The position numbers and the translations under genes are program-made. Shown piece after piece: positions 58,734-64,000 of a stretch of 64,000 nucleotides of DNA (positions are counted from its first letter, which is position 1; the number at the start of each line of letters is the position of its first letter). The stretch covers positions 171,834 to 235,833 of the IMG/VR virus record IMGVR_UViG_3300024259_000010; one strand, written 5' to 3'. Under the pieces are notes generated by a model. The model did no database searches, had not been told where the DNA came from, and worked only from the letters and a program-made list of their open reading frames with translations.

Positions 58734-59030
58734 ATGGATATCTTGAATATTGTTAAAGCTGGTGAAATCATGGTTGGGACTGATGCATCTGGTGGTGGAC
58801 CAGAGGATTACCCAATGCACGCTACCTCGCGAGGGTGGTTAATATTAGACCACAAGGAAGGTAAGCTGTTGCTGGGTGGAGATCCCATGACACATCTGTT
58901 AGCGGGTTGTGGTACACCAAGCACCCAGTGGGTGGATTTTGATGGTGAACTGACAGATGAATCTCGCCAAGCAATTGGTGCAACTCGTCAATTCCTCTAT
59001 GGTGATGAGGAAGATGAGGATTATTACTAA
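58734..59030 (+). CDS. Small early hypothetical protein
   Basis: Early promoter and AAGGAG RBS. Confidence 0.7.
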   Translation: MDILNIVKAGEIMVGTDASGGGPEDYPMHATSRGWLILDHKEGKLLLGGDPMTHLLAGCGTPSTQWVDFDGELTDESRQAIGATRQFLYGDEEDEDYY

Positions 59031-59110
59031 AAGGTAATGGGGGTTTAACCAGCCCCTAGAAATAAAAAGAACTTCGTTGTTCTTTTTTGTATATCAATCT
59101 GATATAGGTA

Positions 59111-59118
59111 TATATTAC
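59111..59118 (+). promoter_or_regulatory. Early promoter TATATTAC
   Basis: Exact motif plus GAACTAATTTTAAAATAAAGGAG leader. Confidence 0.75.
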
Positions 59119-59157
59119 TTATATAGATGAACTAATTTTAAAATAAAGGAGATTATT

Positions 59158-59397
59158 ATGTTGGAAACATTAACTATACCGTGGGAACTGCACGCTGCCA
59201 TATGTGAACTTACAGCATACACTGGTACAAGGGATAGGTTTATGGCTGCAGTATCTAAAGCCATAACATATGAACGTGGTTTTATGGATTACTATGATGT
59301 GGAAGGTGGTACTTCTCTACTGTTCCACAATGGTAGTATACTTGTATCAGAAGAAGATGGAGAGTTTAAAACAGTTAAGAAATTAAAAGGGGAATAA
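59158..59397 (+). CDS. Small early hypothetical protein
   Basis: Early promoter and RBS. Confidence 0.7.
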   Translation: MLETLTIPWELHAAICELTAYTGTRDRFMAAVSKAITYERGFMDYYDVEGGTSLLFHNGSILVSEEDGEFKTVKKLKGE

Positions 59398-59399
59398 TT

Positions 59400-59693
59400 A
59401 TGCAAACGTTTATGGAAGCATTGCAGGACTACGGTACTGATCGTGGTATGTCAGAAGGCCAAGCTGATGAGGTGGCTAAAATGGTTCAGGAAGAAACCCA
59501 TCAGGGATATCGACTGAATGAAACTGTTGACAATTACCCTAAGGTAATGTTGAATATTGCTTGTATGACATTCGACACATGTGCTGTAAAGTACATTGAA
59601 GAACATTGTCCTCTTGCATGGTTCAAGCTAATGTTTACCGCTGAGGGAAGAGCGCTGATGGAAAAGGAATACGAAGCTTCATTTCGTGCTTAA
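59400..59693 (+). CDS. Small hypothetical protein
   Basis: AAGGGG RBS; WFKLMF motif. Confidence 0.7.
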   Translation: MQTFMEALQDYGTDRGMSEGQADEVAKMVQEETHQGYRLNETVDNYPKVMLNIACMTFDTCAVKYIEEHCPLAWFKLMFTAEGRALMEKEYEASFRA

Positions 59694-59701
59694 CTGAAAG
59701 T

Positions 59702-59739
59702 AAAATAAACACACTCCAATTAAGGAGTGTGTTTATTTT
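59702..59739. terminator. Bidirectional terminator
   Basis: AAAATAAACACACTCC-AATTAA-GGAGTGTGTTTATTTT between convergent genes. Confidence 0.88.
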
Positions 59740-59743
59740 TTTA

Positions 59744-61606
59744 TTACGTATTAGGTGTCTTCCAAAGACCAGGTAACATTTGAACAGCTGCTCTAACTGT
59801 GGAGTCCTGGGCTACTTTACTATTCCAGTATCTCATGTTAAAGTTAGTCTGTCTATTGATCATCATCAGTGCTTTTCTACGACGGTTAAACATTTTAAAC
59901 TTATTAGTCATATCAGCAATTTCCATACCAGCCAATGTTGATAAGTACATCTTCATACTATCATTACCATTCAAGAGTTTTCTAGCATCCGCGTCAACTA
60001 GACTAAGGAACATAGCAGGGCTCATATCCTTAATACTAATACTAACGTCAACAGCTGTAGGAAGCTTATCATAAGTCCATCCATGCTCAGGAAGTCCACG
60101 CTTAATAGTCATGCTTTCAATGATACCAGTAGGTATACTAAACATACCACGACAATAAGCTTGGCATAAGAAAGGTGATGTATATGTATTCTTACCAATA
60201 CCAACTGGGAACGCACCTGCCATTAACATAGCTAGTGGAACATAGATGGAACTGTAGATAGTTAATGGATCACCATATCTAGCTCTAAGTTGAATATCAA
60301 ATGAGTAACTCTTAGAGAAGGAACTTGATTGCCAGACATCTGGTATATCAAAGAACCCACTACCTTGAGTAGCAAGTGAAATAGCTCCTTCCATAGAAGC
60401 GACTTTACCCAACCCTGTTGCAATACCTTCAATAGCTCCTTTGACACCTGTGGCAATCTTGGCCATAGCACTGTCTCCGAAGTTACCTCTAGCAAATGTA
60501 AACTGTTTCTCTTTAGCTTCAGATACTTTACCATTTAATTTACCAGCAATCTCAGGAGCACCAGTTGAGTTAGATAATGACTCAGCAACATCTGTACCTC
60601 GTTCAATTCTAAACCCAACATATTGATATCTCTTAAATACTTGATGAGTAAACTTTGTGAATGTATCAGCAGCATAACTTCCAACTGTTTGAATAGCATC
60701 TAAGAAAAGATAAGTAGAGATATTAGATCTATCAGGTCTTTCCCAACGTTCCCGTTTGGATAGGATAAATAAAATATCAGGACCACTCTTTAAGATCTCA
60801 GGTGCCTGACTCTGAATATGAGCAACTTCACCAGGTGTGAATGTTAAATCATCACCAGGAAACTCATCAACAGGATCTTGTGCATCAGGACCATTAATAG
60901 ATAATCCCATATTAACAGTTAAGTGAGATAAGATAGTAGTAACAGATTTATAATAGAGATCCATTTTCGGGACCATCTCATAATACTTATTAATCTTAAT
61001 TTCTGTTAATGCATTCTTAATTGAAACAATACCTTTGTATAAACCTATAAGTGGTAGCAGTGGAAGTTTTACAGCTAGTACGACAGCAGATGCTGTTAAG
61101 TATCCTAATTTATAACCAGCTGATCTCTCATCACCCATCATAATAGCCGATAGTTTTGTATCCCCTGCTTCTTTATAGAATTCATCTAATTTGGCAAACT
61201 TTGGTACACCAAAACTTAACCATAGAATATGTTGGGCTTCTTGGTATGTTTCTTTATACACACGACCTAACCCTCTATTGGGAGCTACCTCATCACCAGG
61301 CCAAATAATATCATCATCAATATTAAATTGCCATAATGGATTTAGAGCATCATTGCCTCCAATAGAAGTATCAGTCTTTCCAAACCTTCCCTGCATGTTA
61401 GCAGAACGTTCTTCTGATAATGTACGTGTATAGTTAACTCTACCGGTTTCAGATAATCCGCCTTCCTCTACAGCCGAGTCTACATCTTCACCAGACTCCC
61501 ACCAAGATTGTTTTGCAATATCGACAAATGGTTCACCGATGGACCACCCCCCAAAGGGGGCTTTGATCCAATCACCATTGTCTCGTAGTTCATTATTGAG
61601 ACTCAT
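59744..61606 (-). CDS. phiKZ gp182-like virion structural (tail) protein
   Basis: KTDTSIGGNDALNPLWQF, GLGRVY.E, FGVPKF, YVGFRIE, FFDIPDVWQSSS, YGDP...IYVPLAML.AG..P...GKNTYTSPFLCQAYCRG and SISIKDMSP. Confidence 0.8.
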   Translation of the reverse strand: MSLNNELRDNGDWIKAPFGGWSIGEPFVDIAKQSWWESGEDVDSAVEEGGLSETGRVNYTRTLSEERSANMQGRFGKTDTSIGGNDALNPLWQFNIDDDIIWPGDEVAPNRGLGRVYKETYQEAQHILWLSFGVPKFAKLDEFYKEAGDTKLSAIMMGDERSAGYKLGYLTASAVVLAVKLPLLPLIGLYKGIVSIKNALTEIKINKYYEMVPKMDLYYKSVTTILSHLTVNMGLSINGPDAQDPVDEFPGDDLTFTPGEVAHIQSQAPEILKSGPDILFILSKRERWERPDRSNISTYLFLDAIQTVGSYAADTFTKFTHQVFKRYQYVGFRIERGTDVAESLSNSTGAPEIAGKLNGKVSEAKEKQFTFARGNFGDSAMAKIATGVKGAIEGIATGLGKVASMEGAISLATQGSGFFDIPDVWQSSSFSKSYSFDIQLRARYGDPLTIYSSIYVPLAMLMAGAFPVGIGKNTYTSPFLCQAYCRGMFSIPTGIIESMTIKRGLPEHGWTYDKLPTAVDVSISIKDMSPAMFLSLVDADARKLLNGNDSMKMYLSTLAGMEIADMTNKFKMFNRRRKALMMINRQTNFNMRYWNSKVAQDSTVRAAVQMLPGLWKTPNT

Positions 61607-61608
61607 AA

Positions 61609-63999
61609 TTATCTTCTCCTAGACTTTGATAGATCTATAGTAGGAACACGTTGTGGTGCAGCCTGCTCTACTTTAATAGGTCTATTGCCAGCTATACTAG
61701 CAGCTTCAACGGTAGTCTGTTGCATCTCATTAAATCCTTTTCCAAGGGAGATATTGACATCCTCTAACTTACCAGTATTTTCAGAAACTTTACCCATGTG
61801 ATTATTCATGGTTTCCATTTCACCAGCTATCTTCTCAAGTGATTCCAATTGCTGAGGTCCTGTATCATTTTGTTTCTTCGACTTAACGTCTTCAACTTTC
61901 TTATCTTTGATAGTGCCTGCCAACTTCTTCATCACACCGGCTTTCTTATCACCTTGAAGGTCGCGCATAGATACTTTACCAGACTTAAGGATTCCACTAG
62001 ATGGTTCACCCTTATTCTTATTAAAGTAATCTCTGACTGATACACCTTTGTTAGCAATTTTGAATTCCGTTAATGATTGTTGCTTAGAACCTTTTGGCAC
62101 TTGCTTAATCATACCAGCGCGTTTAGGCCCAGTTACACCACCAGCTTCTCTACGATCAGCATTGTCAACATCTTTAAGTATTTGAGAATAAAGGTCTGAA
62201 GTTGGTTCAAATGCTTTGAATGGATCATCCCATCTTTTAGGAAATTCATTAGCCATATAGAAGTCATCCTGTTGACTCTTATATAATTTATCAATTTTAC
62301 CATCCAATTTATCAAAACCAGGCATACCTTTCTTAGCAGTAACACGCTTCTCTAAAGCTTCGATCATTGGCTTGAGTTCTATATCTGTATATAATGGGAA
62401 TTCATATTCTTCATCATTATCAGTTATGCCCCAACCCATTTTACGAGGACCTTTAGCCTTACCATCATCACCAACTTCTCCAGTTTTTTTACCAGATCCA
62501 CCAGCTCGTGTAAGAGGTTTACCTTTACCTTTAACTTTCTTAGATTTATCAGCTACAGTTACAGAAGGATCACCAAGACCTCTCTCACCACTTAGAGCAC
62601 CATAAAGTTTCTTACCAACTTTAATACCACCTTTAGCCATAATACCAGGCACCGTAGCACCAGCTATTTTACCAGCAGTAGTTTTACCAGCTGCTTTAGC
62701 AGTAGCTCGTATTGCTCTTTCCTGGAGATTACCTAGATCAGACTTACGATACTTCTCAAGACCCGCTTTACCTTTATTTAACATTTTCCCCATAAAGGAC
62801 TTGTCGAACTTATCTCTTGCGGCTTTCTTAGAGGCAGCTATCTTATCTTTGATCCCAGCTTTAACATCAGCAATCTTATCCGTAACTTTACCATGTATGT
62901 TTTTAACACCACGAACACCTTTCATAATAAGAGAGTTGTCCCACATGCTTTTAGCTTTGGCTTTAATTGCATCTTTAGTATCAGATATCTTACCAACGAT
63001 CTTATCTCTAGTATCACCAATTTTATCTTTAACAGCATTGACCTTATCGGATATGCCAGTTTTAATATCATTGTATTTACCAGTGATTTTATCTCGAACA
63101 CCAGTTATCTTATCTTTAATACCTTGCTTAATATCACTATACTTATCTTTAACAGCATCGATTCCACCAGTGATCTTATCCTTGATGTTACCATATTTAT
63201 CTTTGACAGCATTAATACCACCAATTACTTTCTGCCCAAGTTTAGTTTTCTTAGCACGATTAAAAATAGCTTTACCAGTTTCCCGAACAGCTTCACGTTG
63301 TAGTTTACCTAAGTCAGAGTTTTTCCATTTAGTATATTTGCCTTTGATGCCTCTAGCGGCCATGCCAGCTAATCCACCACCTTTGACAAACTCACCTACT
63401 TTAGATTTACCTAATTTAGAATTTGCAAGTTTCCTAGCACCCATTCCAATTAATCCACCGCCTTTGATAAACTTACCAATTTTTCCACGGTTTCTAATTG
63501 CAGCACCAATGACTCCACCTTTAGCAGCGAACATAGCAGCTTTCTTAAGCTTACTACCTTTACCACCAACTTTACCAGTTAATGTATCAGCTTCTTCCTT
63601 CTTGGCTCCACCATTTTTGACAACGTCATTGGCTTCTTTCCATTCAGGGCTTTCAGTATCAACCATAGTGTCATCATCATCAATACCATTTGGATCTGGG
63701 ATATACTTACCACCCAGTTCTTTATACTTAGCATGTATAGCATCGTTCTCATCAGCTCTACTATCCACTTTATCCATACCAGCTTTAATCTTATCGAGCT
63801 TAGCTTTCGCTTGGTCCCAACGTTCATTTCTGATATGTAGTTCAGCGGACATAAATGCAAAACTAATTTGTCCTGATAATTTACCTGGACCAATTCGAAC
63901 ACTAGAGTATTTACCCTGGCCTTCACGTTTACGATTTTGTAGTTCCTCGAATAATGCTTTAACAGATTCTTCATCAGCAGGGCCACTAGCTTTAGGAAA
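61609..63999 (-). CDS. C-terminal part of a tape-measure-like tail protein (phiKZ gp181-like position), 5'-truncated
   Basis: The frame stays open from 63852 to the window end (FPKASGPADEESVKALF...). Lys/Gly-rich 11-residue KDKI repeats; adjacent to the gp182-like gene. Confidence 0.6.
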   Translation of the reverse strand, partial: FPKASGPADEESVKALFEELQNRKREGQGKYSSVRIGPGKLSGQISFAFMSAELHIRNERWDQAKAKLDKIKAGMDKVDSRADENDAIHAKYKELGGKYIPDPNGIDDDDTMVDTESPEWKEANDVVKNGGAKKEEADTLTGKVGGKGSKLKKAAMFAAKGGVIGAAIRNRGKIGKFIKGGGLIGMGARKLANSKLGKSKVGEFVKGGGLAGMAARGIKGKYTKWKNSDLGKLQREAVRETGKAIFNRAKKTKLGQKVIGGINAVKDKYGNIKDKITGGIDAVKDKYSDIKQGIKDKITGVRDKITGKYNDIKTGISDKVNAVKDKIGDTRDKIVGKISDTKDAIKAKAKSMWDNSLIMKGVRGVKNIHGKVTDKIADVKAGIKDKIAASKKAARDKFDKSFMGKMLNKGKAGLEKYRKSDLGNLQERAIRATAKAAGKTTAGKIAGATVPGIMAKGGIKVGKKLYGALSGERGLGDPSVTVADKSKKVKGKGKPLTRAGGSGKKTGEVGDDGKAKGPRKMGWGITDNDEEYEFPLYTDIELKPMIEALEKRVTAKKGMPGFDKLDGKIDKLYKSQQDDFYMANEFPKRWDDPFKAFEPTSDLYSQILKDVDNADRREAGGVTGPKRAGMIKQVPKGSKQQSLTEFKIANKGVSVRDYFNKNKGEPSSGILKSGKVSMRDLQGDKKAGVMKKLAGTIKDKKVEDVKSKKQNDTGPQQLESLEKIAGEMETMNNHMGKVSENTGKLEDVNISLGKGFNEMQQTTVEAASIAGNRPIKVEQAAPQRVPTIDLSKSRRR

Positions 64000-64000
64000 G

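Noticed and set aside
14161-59739. CRISPR array or attC-type integron from the repeated hairpins and modules
   Set aside because: There is no regular repeat-spacer periodicity, the hairpins differ in sequence, and no cas or integrase gene is present.
63579-63986. 135-aa minus-strand ORF
   Set aside because: Out-of-frame overlap with the tape-measure-like frame, which is open to the window end.
1-64000. Alternative genetic code or stop-codon recoding
   Set aside because: Long conserved genes (RNAP subunits, NrdJ, helicases) are intact under the standard code and coding density is high.
1-64000. PhuZ tubulin, DNA polymerase, terminase, ChmB
   Set aside because: No matching motifs seen in this window; their absence here says nothing about the rest of the genome.

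Overview
This AT-rich 64-kb window is part of a jumbo phage genome of the phiKZ-like, nucleus-forming type (Chimalliviridae-like). It appears strongly diverged from characterised members. All family calls come from my recognition of motifs and gene order; no database searches were run. From left to right it holds: (i) a fibre/adhesin block (partial tail fibre, triple-LamG protein, a 1189-aa signal-peptide protein); (ii) an ATP-cone class II ribonucleotide reductase, a phiKZ gp118-type DnaB-like helicase and a baseplate block; (iii) the nucleus and transcription core, comprising a divergent chimallin candidate (21729-23315), an SbcD-like nuclease, a ChmC candidate, the gp68-like nvRNAP subunit, a PicA candidate, a gp70-like gene, two nvRNAP subunits and an SF2 helicase; (iv) virion genes, including a central spike, paralogous inner-head proteins, two virion RNAP subunits, a gp182-like protein and the C-terminal part of a tape-measure-like protein. 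Many small accessory genes sit behind repeated terminator-TATATTAC promoter-leader modules. Unexplained non-coding features include a tRNA-like RNA with a 4-nt loop where the anticodon should be, placed directly behind its own early promoter, and a deletion scar joining half a terminator to the 3' relic of a lost head-protein paralog. I saw no CRISPR array, rRNA, integrase, transposase, reverse transcriptase, intein or intron.
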